Assembly (NCBI RefSeq): GCF_963921235.1
Contig: NC_086107.1
Span: 116,872,001-116,936,000 of the forward strand
DNA length: 64,000 nucleotides
Direction: 5' to 3'
DNA from: Mobula hypostoma
Lineage: Eukaryota
The notes below the pieces were generated by a model. The model saw nothing but the letters and a program-made list of their open reading frames with translations, was not told where the DNA came from and searched no databases. Shown in pieces: positions 47,598 to 61,589 of this stretch. Numbering within the stretch: position 1 is the stretch's first letter; each line of letters starts with the position of its first letter. The translations under genes were made by a program, and so were the position numbers.

Positions 47598-49647
47598 TAA
47601 GTGTACTAGCAATAATAGTGGGGTGATAAATTATGCAGAGGAGGACATACTATTAACTCATATTTTGCTAACGTATTCACCTGTGAAGATGTTAGCAATA
47701 TACTGGTAAGTGTAGAGAAAAATAAGGTTGTTTTAAGTGACTTAGAGATATTAGAAAGTAGGGTCCTGCTTCAGCTGAAAAGGTTGAAAGTTAATAAATC
47801 TTCAGGGCCAGACAACATATTTTCATAGGTACTCAACGAGGTCTGTGATTATATATACAGGTCCCTAACATATATTTTTCAAAAACCGTCGAAGACTGGT
47901 GAAATCCCTAAGGACTGGAAATGGGCTAATGTTGTCCCAGTATATAGGAAGGATGATCGAATTGACTCTGCTGACTATAGACTAGTAAGGTTAATGTGTA
48001 TCACAGGCAAGATAACAGAAACAGTAATAAAGAATGAGTTGGAAAAGCAGTTGATAAGATCAGGCATGTTAGCAGAAAGCCAGCCAGATTCACAAAGGGG
48101 AAGTCATGTTTTACTAATATGCTGGAGTTTTATGAAGAGGCAACTAAAATTTATGATTACAATAGAGCGGTTTATATAATTTACTTGGACCTTCAGAAGC
48201 CTTTTGACAAGGTATCCCATGAGAGGTATGAATTCAGGATAAGGTGTGTGAATGGATGCAGAATTTGCTCAAAAACAGAAAAGAATGAGTTATGGTGAGA
48301 GAATAATTTTCACACCTAGAAGCTGTTAGAAGTGGGGTTCTGCAGGAATCAGTTTTGGGGCAGAAGCTGCTTTAATCTACATTAACAATTTGGATAAGCA
48401 CATGACAAGTAAACTAGTAAAGTTTGCTGATGACACTAAATGGGCTGATAACATTCAGGCAACAGAATCCAATAGTGTTAGATCTGAACAAATGGTGTGG
48501 GCAGATAAATGGCAGATAAAGTTTAATGTAAGTAAATGTAAAGTATTACATATAGAAAATGGAAATATTAGATATAAATATAAATTGTTAGAAAGTGCAA
48601 TGTATGAGAAGGATTTGGGCGCCCTGGTAAACTCACCACTATCAACATCTGGACAATGCACGGAAGCGATTAGGAAGGCCAATAGAATGTTTGGCTATAT
48701 AATGTGCTCAGTGGAGTTCAAGTAAAGGGACGTTCCCCTTAAGCTGTATAATGTGTTTGTGAGGCCACACCTTGAACACTGTGCACAATTTTTGTCTCCG
48801 TATTTTGTGAGGGATGTAAAGGCACTGGAGAGAGTTCAGAGAAGGGTGACTAGACTCATTCCAGGTCTATAGGTTATGAGAGATGAAGAGGAATTGAAAG
48901 AATTAAATCTTTTTAGCTTAAGTAGATGTAGAATGAGAGAAGACATGATAGAAATGTTCAAAATCATTAAGTGGATGCCAGCTGCTACTTTAAAATTAAT
49001 CCATCATTACGGACATGGGGCCATTGATTAAGGGGAGATTTCAGACAAACATCAGGAACATTTCTTTACACAGCAAGTTGTAGACACATGGAACAACTAT
49101 CTAGGGTAGTACCTTAGAGACTTTTAAATCTAATTTCAATAGCTATTTCAACACGTGATGTGAATAGGAATTTGGCAGGCTTTGTTGGGCCAAATGGCTT
49201 GCTCTTGTCAAAAACTTTCTGATGTTTAATGTTCTCCTCCTTTGCCATTGCAGAGCTCAGTATATTGCTGTTGTCATGCTGACTGGCATCGGCATTAATA
49301 AAAATGATTGCGGTTATCCTTCGATGGCCCAGTTGTCCATCTGTAGTGATGTTTTAATGGGGGTTGAGGAGGCATGGTGAAGCGCGGAGTGAATGGGGTG
49401 GCACTAAAGGAAGGACTACAACTCCCAGATGATCTCACGGTACCAGAGGTTCAACGGCCTCTGGTTGATTGTGCCCCCGTGGAGTTGTTGTTCATTTTAG
49501 AATATTGTGGAGGAACTCTGCAGACCAGGCAGCATCAGTGGAAAAGAGTAAACAATCGGGGTTTTGGGCCGGGACCCTTCATCAGGATTGGGAAGAAAGA
49601 GATTAGAAGTCAGAGTAAGGAGGTCGAGGGAGATAAAGGGCTGGAGA

Positions 49648-51070
49648 AGATAGATAGATAGATAGATAGACAGATAGATAGACATATTTTATTGATCCCG
49701 AGGGAAATTGGGTTTCGTTACAGTTGCACCAACCAAGAATAGAGTATAAATATAGCAATATAAAACCATAAATAATTAAATAATATTATCTAAATTATGC
49801 CAGATGGAAATAAGTCCAGGACCAGCCTATTGGCTCAGAGTGTCTGACCCTCCAAGGGAGGAGTTGTAAAGTTTGATAGCCACAGGCAGGAATGACTTCC
49901 TATGACGGTCAGTGTTGCATCTCGATGGAATAAGTCTCTGGCTGAATGTACTCCTGTGCCCAACCAGTACATTATGTAGTGGATGGGAGACATTGTCCAA
50001 CTTGGACAGCATCCTCTTTTCAGACACCACCGTGAGAGAGTCCAGTTCCATCCCCACAACATCACTGGCCTTACAAATGAGTTTGCTGATTCTGTTGGTG
50101 TCTGCTGCCCTCAGCCTGCTGCCCCAGCACACAACAGCAAACGTGATAGCACTGGCCACCACAGGCTCGTAGAACATCCTCAGCATTGTCCGCCAGATGT
50201 TAAAGGATCTCAGTCTCCTCAGGAAATAGAGATGGCTCTGACCCTTCTTGTAGACAGCCTCAGTGTTCTTTGACCAGTCCAGTTTATTGTCAATTCGAAT
50301 CCCCAGGTATTTGAAATCCTTCACCATGTCCACACTGACCCCCTAGATGGAAACAGCGGTCACCGGTGCCTTAGCTCTCCTCAGGTCCACCACCAACTCC
50401 TTAGTCTTTTTCACATTAAGCTGCAGATAATTCTGCTCACATCATGTGACAAAGTTTCCCACTGTAGCCCTGTACTCAGCCTCATCTCCCTTGCTGATGC
50501 ATCCAACAATGGCAGAGTCATCAGAAGCTTCTGAAGGTGACAAGACTCTGTGCAGTAGTTGAAGTCCGAGGTGTCAATGGTGAAGAGAAAGGGAGACAAG
50601 ACAGTCCCCTGTGGAGCCCCCGTGCTGCTGATCACTCTGTCGGACACACAGTGTTGCAAACACACGTACTGTGGTCTGCCAGTCAGGTAATCAAGAATCC
50701 ATGATACCAGGAAAGCATCCACCTGCATCGCTGTCAGCTTCTCCCCCAGCAGAGCAGGGCGGATGGTGTTGAATGCACTGGAGAAGTCAAAAAACATGAC
50801 CCTCACAGTGCTCGCTGGCTTGTCCAGGTGAGCGTAGACACAGTTCAGCAGGTAGACGATGGCATCCTCAACTCCTAGTCGGGGCTGGTAGGCTAACTGG
50901 AGGGGATCTAAGTGTGGCCTAACCATAGGCTGGAGCTGCTCCAGAACAAGTCTCTCCAGGGTCTTCATGATGTGGGAGGTCAATGCCACCAGTCTGTGGT
51001 CATTGAAGCCACTGGGGCGCGGCGTCTTCAGCACAGGGACGAGGGGGGACGTCTTCCACAGCACAGGAAC
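49648..51070 (-). mobile_element. Rex1/Babar-like LINE ending in a (GATA)n microsatellite, inserted into a diverged Penelope remnant (49500-49647, 51075-51345)
   Basis: VRVMFFDFSSAFNTI, TGAPQGTVLSPFLF, FKYLGIRIDNKLDW, LYFLRRLRSF. Confidence 0.87.
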
Positions 51071-51369
51071 ACACAGAAGTGGGAATCTGATAGGAGAGGA
51101 CGGAAGACCATTGAAGAAAGGGAAGGGGGATGAACACCAGAGGGAGGTGATGGGCAGGTAAGGAGATAAGGTGAAAGAGGGAAATAGGAATGGGGAATTG
51201 TGAAGGAGAAGGGGTTGAGGCAATTACTGGAAGTTTGAGAAACTGGCATTCATGCCATCAGGTTGGAGGCTACCCTGATGGAATATAAGGTGTTTCTCCT
51301 CCAGGGTAGGCCTCATTGTGACAGCAGAGGAGGCCATGGACTGACATGTCCTCTACTGCAGCAATGAGC

Positions 51370-52525
51370 TTCACTTCCACACGAGCTCAATGCCTTCTAT
51401 GCTTGCTTTGACCATCAGTACAGGGAGGAACCATCTTGCACCCCCATGTCTCCTGATGATCCTTTGGCTTCAGTATCTGAAGATCACAAGCGGGCTGCCT
51501 TCAAGAGAATGAATACAAGAAAAGCATCCGGTCCAGAGGGAGTCACACTACTGAAGACCCGTGCTGACCCACTGGCTGGTGTATTCACGGATATCTTTAA
51601 CATGTCGCTCTAGTAGTGTGTGGTCCCCAGCTGCTTCAAAAAGGCTTCAATCATACCAGTGCCCAAGAAGGGTGTGGCAATGACTAATGCCCAGTGGAAC
51701 TTACATCTATTGTGATAAAGTGTTCTGAGAGGCTGGTATTGAAGCATGTCAGTTCCTGTCTGAATGGAGACTTGGATCCGCTCCAGTTCACCAACCGAAG
51801 CGACAGCTCTACAGCAGATGCTATCTCATTGGCTCTTCACACAACCCTGTAACAGATGGACAGCAAAGATGCACAACCCTGTAACAGATGGACAGCAAAG
51901 ATGCATACATCAGGATGCTCTTTGTTGATTAAAGCTCAGCATTTAACATCATCATCCCCTTAAAACTAATCAGTAAACTCCAAGACCTGTGCCTCAAATC
52001 CTCTTGTGCAATTGTATCCTCGATTTCCTCACTTGCAGACCCCAGTCAGTTTGGATTGGCAAAAGCATCTCCTCCACAATCTCCATCAGCACAAGAGCAC
52101 TGCAGGGATGTGTGCTTAGTCCCCTGCTCTACTCACTTTACACCTATGACTGTGTGGCTAAGAACAACTCCAACACCATATTCAAGTTTGCTGATGATGC
52201 CACTACTGTGGGCTGTATCAAAGAGGGTGATGAATCAGCATACAGGAGGGAGACTGAAAACTTGGCTGAGTGGTATAATAACAACAACCTCTCACTCAAT
52301 GTCAATAAGTCCAAGGAACTGATAGCAGAAACCAGGGGACCATGAGCCAGTAATCAGGATCAGAGGTGGAGAGGGCCAGCAACTTTAACTTCCTGGGTGT
52401 CACTATCTCAGAGGACCTGTCCTGGACCCATCATATAAATATATTTCCAAAGAAAGTATGACAGAGCCCCTACATCCTCGGGAATCTGCAGAGATTCAGC
52501 ATGTCATTAAAATCCTTGGCAATCT
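51370..52525 (+). mobile_element. Decayed Rex1/Babar-like LINE RT
   Basis: [35 protein letters not shown]; small tandem duplication at 51841-51904. Confidence 0.82.
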
Positions 52526-55500
52526 CAGAAACATAGAAACATAGAAAACCTACAGCACAATCCAGGTCCTTCGGCCCACAATGTTCTGCCAAACATATTC
52601 TTACTTTAGAAATTACCGAGGGTTACTCATAGCCCTCCATTTTTCTAAGCTCAATGTACCTATCCAGGAGTCTCTTAAACGACCCTATTGTATCTGCCTT
52701 CGCCACAGTTGCCAGCAGCCCATTCCACATACTCACCACTCTCTGTGTGAAAAAACCTGGTCCTAACATCTCCTCTGTCCTACTTTCAAGCATCTTAAAA
52801 CTGTGCCCTCTCCTGTTAGTCATTTCAGCCCTGGGAAAAAGCCTCTGACTATCCACACGATCAATGCCTCTCATCATCTTATACACCTCAACCAGGTCAC
52901 CTCTCATCCTCTGTCACTCCAAGGAAAAAAAGACCTAGTTCACTCAACCCATACTCTTAAGGTGTGCTCCCCAATCCAGGCAAATCTCCTCTGCAACCTT
53001 TCTATAGTTTTCACATCCTTCTTGTACTGATGTGACCAGAACTGAGCACAGTACTCCAAGTGGGGTCTGAGCAGGGTCCTATATAGCTACAACATTACCC
53101 CTCAGCTCTTAACTCAATCCCACGGTTGATGAAGGCCAATGCATTGCATGCCTTCTTATCACAACCTGCGCAGTAGCTTTGAGTGTCTTATGGACTCGGA
53201 CCCCAAGACCCCTCTGTTCCTCCACACTGCCAAGAGTCTAACCATTAATACTATATTCTGCCATCGTACCCAACCTACCAAAATGAACCACCTCACACTT
53301 ATCTGGGTTGAACTCCATCTGCCACTTCTCAGCCCAGTTTTGCATTCTATCAATGTCCTGCTGTAACCTCTGACAGCCCTCCACACTATCCACAACACCC
53401 CCAACCTTTGTGTCATCAGCAAATTTACTAACCCATCCCTCCACTTCCTCATCCAGGTCATTTATAAAAATCACAAAGAGAACAGATCCCTGCGGCACAC
53501 CACTGGTTACCAACCTCCATGCAGAATATTACCCATCTACAACCACCTTTTGCTGTCTGTGAGCAAACTAGTTCTGGATCCACAAAACAAGGTCCCTTTG
53601 GATCCCATGCCTCTGTACTTTCTCAATAAGCCTTCCATGGGGTACCTTATCAAATGCCTTGCTGAAATCCATGTACACTTCAGCTACTTCTCTACCTTCA
53701 TCAAAGTGTTTAGTCACATCCTCAAAAAGTTCAATCAGGCTCGTAAGGCACGACCTGCCTTTGACAAAGCCATGCTGACTTATTCCAAATCATATTATTC
53801 CTTTCCAACTGCTCATAAATCCTGCCTCTCAGGATCTTTTCCACCAATTTACTAACCACAGAAGTAAGACTCACTGGTCTACAATTTCCTGGTCTACAAT
53901 TTCTACTCCCTTTCTTGAATAAGGGAACAACATCTTCAACCCTCTAATCCTCCAGAACCTCTCCCGTCCCCATTGATAATGTAAAGATCATTGCCAGAGG
54001 CTCAGCAATCTCCTCCCTCACCTCCCACAGTAGCCTGGGGTTCATCTCATCTGGTACTGGAGAGTTATCCAACCTGATGCTTTCTAAAAGCTGCAGCACA
54101 TCCTCTTTCTTAATAGCTGTATACTCAAGCTTTTCAATCCACTGTAATCCATCCCTACAATCACCAAGATCCTTGTCCGTAATGAATACCGAAGCAAAGT
54201 ATTCACTAAGTATCTCTGCTATCTCCTTCGGTTCCAAACACACTTTTCCACCATCACACTTGATTGGTCCTATTCTCCCATGTCTTATCCTCTTGCTCTT
54301 CACATACTTGTAGAATGCTTTGGGATTTTCCTTAATCCTGCTCACCAAGGTCTTCTCATGGCCCCTTCTGGCTCTCCTAATTTCATTCTTAAGCTCCTTT
54401 CTGCTAACATAATCTTCTAGATCTCTATCATTACCTAGTTTTTTGAAATTTTTGTAAGCTTTTCTTTTCTTCTTGACTAGATTTTTAACAGCGTTTGTAC
54501 AAGATGGTCCCTATACCCTACCATCCTTTCCCTGTCTCATTGGAACATACCTATGCAGAACACCACGCAAATATCCCCTGAATGTTTGCCACATTTCTGC
54601 TGTACGTTTCCCTGAGAACATCTGTTCCCAATTTATGATTCCAAGTTCCTGCCTGATAGCTTCATATTTCCCCTTACTCCAATAAATACTTTCCTAACTT
54701 GTCTGTTCCTATCCCTCTCCAATGCTATAGTAAAGGAGATAGACTTATGATATCTATCTCCAAAATGCTTTCCTACTGAGAGACCTGACACCTGACCAGG
54801 TTCATTTCCTAATATCAGATTAAGTACAGCCTCTCCTCAAGTAGGCTTATCTACATATCATGTCAGGAAACCTTCCAGAACACACCTAACAAACTCCACC
54901 CCATCTAAACCCATTGCTCTAGGGAGATGCCAATCAATATTTGGAAAACTAAAATCTCCCACCACGACAACCCTGTTATCATTACACCTTTCCAGAATCT
55001 GTCTCCCTATCTGCTTCTCAATGTCCCTGTTACTATTGGGTGGTCTATAATAACACCCAGTAGAGTTATTGAGCCTTTCCTTTCTTTTTTAATCTTTTTA
55101 TTAGTTTTCAAGTTCATAAACATAATAACAATGATGATATAAAGAGATTGGAATTACATTATTGATAATAATCATATACATAAGAAACTACAAGTAGTAC
55201 AGGTGTGATAAACTTCCAGACTCTTAATATAATTAATCATGAAGAGAAAAAAAAAAGAAAAAAATGAGTTGGGCTTGTACTCGTTGGAATTTAGAAGATT
55301 GAGGGGGGGAATCTGATTGAAACGTATAAGATCCTAAAGGGATTGGACAGGCTAGATGCAGGAAGATTGTTCCCGATGTTGGGGAAGTCCAGAACGAGGG
55401 GTCACAGTTTGAGGATAGAGGGGAAGCCTTTCAGGACCGAGATTAGGAAAAACTTCTTCACACAGAGAGTGATGAATCTGTGGAATTCTCTGCCACAGGA

Positions 55501-56950
55501 AACAGTTGAGGCCAGTTCATTGGCTATGTTTAAGAGGGAGTTAGATATGGCCCTTGTGGCTACGGGGATCAGGGGGTATGGAGGGAAGGCTGGGGTGGGG
55601 TTCTGAGTTGGATGATCAGCCATGATCATAATAAATGGTGGTGCAGGCTCGAAGGGCCGAATGGCCTACTCCTGCACCTATTTTCTATGTTTTCTATATC
55701 ACAAAGAAAACCCCTCAAAAAAACCCAAACAGAACAAAACAGGGCTGAACCAATATATTAATCAAATACGTTCATTAATGTCATCAACTCCTCTCCTCTA
55801 TTCATATATTCTAAGTTAATAAAAAGGTTTCGGAAAAGGTCAAACTACAACATGTGAAAATGTTGAGTAAATGGCTTCCAAGTCTCTTCAAATTTAACCG
55901 AAGGATCGAAAATGACACTTCTGATTTTTTCTAAATTTAAACATGATATATTGAGCCTTTCCTACTTCCACCCACAGAGAGTAGACAGTCATTCCATGAC
56001 TTTCTCCTTTTCTGCATCCATGACACTATCTCTGATCAGCAGTGCCACACCCCCAACTCTTTATCCCCCGTCCCTGTCCTCTCTAAAACATCTAAAGCCT
56101 GACACTCTAAGTAACCATTCATGCCTCTGAGCCATCCAAGTCTCTGTAATGGCCACAACATCATAGCTCCAAGTACTGATCCACAGTCTAAGCTCATCTG
56201 CTTTGTTCATGATGCTTCTTGCATTAAAATAGACAATCTCAAGCCATCAGTCTGAGAATATCCCTTCTCTATCACCTGTCTATCTCCCCTCTTGCACTCT
56301 CTCCAAGCTTTTTGCTATTTGTGAGCCAACAGCCCCTTCCTCCATCTCTTTAGTTCGGTTCCCACGCCCCAGCAATTCTAGTTTAAACTCTCCCCAATAG
56401 CCTTAGTAAACCTTCTTGCCAGGATATTGGTCCTCCTCAGATTGAAGTGCAACCTGTCCTTTTTGTACAGGTCATGTCTGGTCCAAAAGAGGTCCCAATC
56501 ATCCAGAAATCTGAATCCCTGCCCCCTGCTCCAATCCCTCAGCCACGCATTTATCCTCCACCTCTCTATTCCTATACTCACTGTCACGTGGCACAGGCAG
56601 TAATCCTGAGATTGCTACCTTTGAGGTCCTGCTTCTCAACTTCCTTCCTAACTCCTTGTAGGCTGTTTTCAGGACCTCCTCCCTTTTCCTAACTATGTCA
56701 TTGGTACCAATATGTACCACGACCTCTGGCTGTTCATCTTTCTACTTCAGGATATCGTGGACATAATCAGAAATGTCCCAGATCCTGGCACCTGGGAGAC
56801 AAACTACCATCCATGTTTCTTTCCTGTGTCCACAGAATCGCCTGTCTGCTCCCCCCCACCCAACTATAGTGTCCCATATTACTGCTGCCTTCTTCCTTTC
56901 CCTACCCTTCTGAGCCACAGGGCCAGACTCTGTGCCAGAGGCACGGCCAC
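52526..56950 (-). mobile_element. Near full-length CR1 LINE including ORF1 SGNH esterase, interrupted at 55082-55948
   Basis: Reverse (TTTCTATG)n tail; RT ORFs 53238-53513 and 53944-54348; ORF1 HIGTND...ISGLLP...INAWL...DRLH at 56378-56720. Confidence 0.88.
55082..55948 (-). mobile_element. 5'-truncated L1 3' end, itself containing a CR1 3' end (55266-55697, +)
   Basis: Reverse poly(A)/AATAAA at ~55082-55102; C-terminal CLNLEKIRS...KFEETWKPF; TSD TATTGAGCCTTTCCT (55067-55081, 55949-55963). Confidence 0.82.
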
Positions 56951-57019
56951 TGTCCCTGTTACTATTGGGTGGTCTATGAAAAAAATAAGAACTCAGACAA
57001 AGTCAGGAATCAAAAGGTT

Positions 57020-57985
57020 GAGCATGGTGTGAATAGTGTCCTAAGCTGTGTATATTTCAATGCCAGAAGGATCATAGGAAAGGCAGTTGAACTCAAGGCA
57101 TGGATCACACCTAAAATTATAATGTTGTAGCCATTAGTGAGACTTGGTTGCAGGAGGGGCAGGGCTGGGAGCTCAGAATTCTGGGGTTCTGTTGCTTCAG
57201 ACCTAACAGAGTGGGATGGATTAAAGGAGAGGGTGAGGTGTAACTCGTCAGGGAAAATCACATGGCAGTGTTCAGTCAGGACAGTCTGGTGAACATGTCT
57301 ACTGAGATGTTATGTGTGGAACTGAGGAATAAGAAAGGTATGACCACACTAATGGCACTATATTAAAGACCACCCAACAGTCTGAGGGGTTTAGTGGAAC
57401 AAATTTGAAGAGCGGTCACAGACTGTTGCAAGAAACATAAGTTTGTATAGTCGGTGATTTTAACTTTTCACATATTGACTGGGACTCTGTTGTGCCAGAA
57501 GTTAAGGAGTGTTTGCAGATCCAATAGAAACAAGCTTTGTACACGCATGCTGCACACAACACACTTTATTGCTAAATTACAGGTGGTACTCATCTCAGAA
57601 GTGCACCTGAGCCTGTTTAACTGCAGTTCCCTGTTCCAATTAGTTTACAGCGTCAGTCGTGACCTAACCTATGGTGAGTCCAAATCCAAGAGACTTCCCC
57701 ACCGGTATGCTCAGTCTTTTACACCCTGGTCACGTTTCTCCACCCTTACCAGGGTCAATTCTTTGTCCAGGTTGATTGGCTCAGGCACTGCAGCTCAGGT
57801 CTGCAGAGAAAATAGCTTGGTCACCCAGCACCCAGCTCACACTTCCCGCACACATCAAACACCCGACCCCAGCAATTGTTCCTTGCACTCTCTGGCCAAC
57901 GTTTTAAGATTATTACTACAGATTCCCATACTATAAAAGGACTAGATGGGATAGAGTTTGTCAAATGTGTTCAGTAAAGTATCCT
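57020..57985 (+). mobile_element. CR1 endonuclease fragment interrupted by a solo LTR
   Basis: YFNARRI, AISETWL and YxRPP-like remnants. Confidence 0.72.
57488..57920 (-). mobile_element. Solo LTR, 433 bp, family unlike the other LTRs here
   Basis: TGTTGT...ACTACA termini; 5-bp TSD GACTC/GATTC (one mismatch); reverse AATAAA near 57564; removal restores CR1 sequence. Confidence 0.72.
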
Positions 57986-58713
57986 GAATCAGAATCAGAA
58001 TCAGGTTTATTATCACTGGCATGTGTTGTGAAATTTGTTAGAAGCAGCAGTTCAATGAAATACATAATATAGAATAAGAAGAATAAATCAATCAATCAAT
58101 TAATTAATTACAGTATACATATAATGAATAGATTAAACATTGTGCAAAAGTAGAAATAATATATATTAAAAAATGAAATAGTGTTCATGGGATCAATGTC
58201 CATTTGGGAATCGGATGGCAGAGGGGAAGAAACTGCTCAGGAATCGCTGAGTGTGTGCCTTCAGGCTTCCGTACCTCCAACCTGATGGTGACAGTGAGAA
58301 AAGGGCATTCCCTGGGTGCTGGAGATCTTTAATAATGGACGCTGCCTTTCTGAGACACCACTCCTTGAAGATGTCCTGGGTACTTTGTTGGCTAGTACCC
58401 AAGATGGAGCCGACTAAATTAACGACCCTCTGCAGCTTCTTTTGGTCCTGTGCTGTATCCCTCCCCTTCCCCCCCGGTACTAGACAGTGATGCAGCTTGT
58501 CAGAATGCTCTCCACGATACATCTATAGAAGTTTTTGAGTGTTTTTATTGACATACTAAATCTTTTCAATCTCCTAATGAGGTATAGTCGCTGGCTTGCC
58601 TTCTTTGTAGCTGCATCAGTATGTTGGGACCAGGTTAAGCCTTCATAGATCTTGACACCCAGGAACTTGAAACTGCTCACTCTCTCCACTTCTAATCCCT
58701 CTATGAGGATTGG
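57985..58713 (-). mobile_element. Rex1/Babar-like LINE 3' end
   Basis: Reverse (GATTCT)n tail; ORFs 58193-58522 and 58480-58914. Confidence 0.85.
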
Positions 58714-58744
58714 GAAAGTCTGATCACTTGGCTGTACTACTCCA

Positions 58745-60535
58745 CAAGTATAGGCAGAGACTGAAACTGCAGCACCAGTAGTGAGGACCAAGAAGGTATG
58801 GACAAGGGAAGCACAGGAGTGCCTACACAAGTACTTTGAGTCAGTGGACTGGACTGTATTCAGGGATTCATCTTCAAATCTGGATGAGTATGTAGCAGTT
58901 CTTACTGACTTCATTAAAACGCATGCGGATGAGTATGTGCCTACAAACTCATACTGTACATTCCTGAACCAAAAGCCCTGGATGAACCAGGAGGTAGGTC
59001 ATCTGCCGAAAGCTAGAACTGTGGCATTCAGGTCTGGTGACCCAGGTCTGTACCAGAAAACCAGGTATGATTTGCAGAGGGCTATTTCAAGAGACAATTT
59101 CAAACAAGATTGGCAGCGACATTGGATGTACAACAACTCTGGCAGGATTTGCAAGACATTACTTCCTATAAAGTGAATCCCAATAGCGTGAATGGCAGCA
59201 ATGCTTCACTACCAGATGAACTTAACACCTTCTATGCCCACTTTGAAAGGGAGAACACAACTACAGCTGTGAAGATCCCTGCTGCATCTGATGACCCTGT
59301 CATCTTCTCAAGGCCGATGTTAGGTTGTCTTTAAAGAGGGTGAACCCTCGCAAGGTGGAAGGTCCTGATGGAGTACCTGGTAAAGCTCTGAAAACCTGTG
59401 CCAACCAACTGGCGGGAGAATTCAAGGACATTTTCAACCTCTCACTGCCACTTGCTTCAAGAAATCAACAATTATATCAATGCCTAAGAAGAATGAAGTG
59501 AGCTGCTTTAATGACTTAATGACACACATCTACAGTGATAAAATGCTTTGAGAGATTCATCATGACTAGACTGAACTCCTGCCTCAGCAAAGACCTGGAC
59601 CCATTGCAATTTGCCTATCACCACAATAGATCAACAGCAGATGCAATCTCAATGGCTCTTCACACAGTTTTAGAGCACTGGACAACACAAACACCTATGT
59701 CAGGATGCTGTTCAGGATTTAATACCATCATTCCCACAATCCTGATTGAGAAGTTACAGAACCTGGGCCTCTGTATCTCCCTCTACAACTGGATCCTTGG
59801 CTTCCTAACTGGAAGACCACAATCTGTGTGGATTGGTAATAATGTCTCAGTGCTGACGATCAACAGTGGTGCACCTCAGGGTGTTTGATTAGCCCACTGC
59901 TCTACTCCCTCTATACCCATGACTGTGTGGCTAGGCACAGCTCAAACACCATCCATAAATTTGCTGATGATACGAGCATTGTTGGTAGAATCTCAGGTGG
60001 TGACGAGAGGGTGTACAGAAGTGAGATATACCAACTAGTGGAATGGAATTGCAGCAACAACTTTTGACAATGTCAGAGCTGATTGTGGACTTCAGGAAGG
60101 GTAAGACAAAGGAACACATGCTAATTCTCATAGAGGGATCAGAAGTGGAGAGAGTGAGCAGTTTCAAGTTTTTGGGTGTTAAGCTCTCTGAGGACCCTAA
60201 CCTGGTCCCAACATGTTGACGCAGTTATAAAGAAGGCAAGACAGTGACTATACTTCATTAGGAGTTTGAAGGGATTTGATATGTCGACAAATACACTCAA
60301 AACATACACTCAAAACATCTATAGATGTACTGTGGAGAACATTCTGACAGGCTGCATCACTGTCTAGTGTTGGCGGGGGGGAATGGGTGGTGGGGTACTG
60401 CACCAAAAGAAGTTGCAGAGGGTTGTAAATTTAGTCAGTTCCATCTTGGGTACTAGCCTACAAAGTACCCAGGACACTTTCAAGGAGCAATGTCTTAGAA
60501 AGGCAACATCCATTATTAAGGACCTCCAGCACCTT
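58745..60535 (+). mobile_element. Rex1/Babar-like LINE, linker-RT region, decayed
   Basis: NQKPWMN, DLDPLQFAY, NSGAPQG, KFADDTS. Confidence 0.85.
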
Positions 60536-60955
60536 TCAGAAGGCCTTTGACAAGGTGCCACACAAGAGGCTCCTACCAAGTTAAGAGCCCATGATATTAC
60601 AGGAAAGTTACTAACATGGTTAGAGCATTGGCTGATTGGAAGAAGGCAGTGAGTGGGAATAAAGGGATCTTTGGCTGGTTGGCTGCCAGTGACTGCAGGG
60701 GTCAGTTTTAGGACCACTTCTTTTATGCTGTATATCAATGATTTAGATGGTGAAATAGATGGCTTTGTTGCCAAGTTTGCAGATGATATGAAGATTGGTA
60801 GAGGGGCAGGTAGTGCTGAGGAAACAGGTAGGATGCAGAAGGACTTAGACAGATTAGGAGAATGAGCAAGAAAGTGGCAAATGAAATATAATGTTGGAAC
60901 ATGCATGGTCATGTACTTTGGTAGGAGAAATAAATGTGCAGGTTATTTTCTAAAA
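60535..60955 (+). mobile_element. CR1 RT fragment
   Basis: FQKAFDKVPH, YINDLD, KFADDMKIG. Confidence 0.8.
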
Positions 60956-61239
60956 GTTAGACTGCACAACCACAAATTTCTTCCTCTTCTCTCAAATTAA
61001 AGTTCTTTGACTGAGCAGAAGATTCAGAGAAAGGGTCCTTCACCCAGTCATACATGTGTTTAAAGGGAGGAAAGATACTGCTCAATTTTGTTCTGCAGTT
61101 CTTCCGGATGGCTTTCAATAAGACTTGAGACTTTCTGATCCTTCCTCACTCACACGCCCAAGCATCAGTGGAAACATTTCAAGATTTCCTTTTGCTGCAA
61201 GATTCAGTTTCCTCTTAAATCCAAGAATCTTGACACTCT

Positions 61240-61427
61240 CCACGCCACCGATGTTGTCCAGGAAAGGGCACTAGGGCCGATACAGCTTGGCACTGGTGTT
61301 GTCGCAGAGCAATGTGTGGTTAAGTGCCTTGCTCAAGGATACAACACACTGCCTTAGCTGAGGCTTGAACTAGTGACCTTCAGATCACTAGACAGATGCC
61401 TTAATCACTTGGCCATGCGGCATCACG
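61240..61427 (-). mobile_element. tRNA-derived SINE with CORE-like body
   Basis: Minus strand has A-box-like TGGCCAAGTGA, B-box-like AGTTCAAGCC, then TCCTTGAGCAAGGCACTTAACC. Confidence 0.72.
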
Positions 61428-61589
61428 AAGTTACTCATTACAACTGTGACATTACCCTTATTACTTGCCCTTTCCAGGTTCCTTTGCGATCTCAGCCCCA
61501 CATCCTGGCTCCTATTTGGAGGTGTATATATATATATATATACATGAGTTCCATAATAGTTTTTTACCCTTGCAATTTCTTAACTCTAC

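Larger units (their letters stand above)
44030..49220 (+). mobile_element. Old AT-rich CR1-group LINE (endonuclease 44030-44740, RT 47600-49220) split by two younger CR1 copies
   Basis: VMGDFNFPNIEW and GTGDHN; later KFADDTK, YEKDLG, AIRKANRMFG. Confidence 0.78.

Noticed and set aside
61340..61427. Functional tRNA gene
   Set aside because: Degenerate A/B boxes run straight into a SINE body; no intact cloverleaf or terminator seen.
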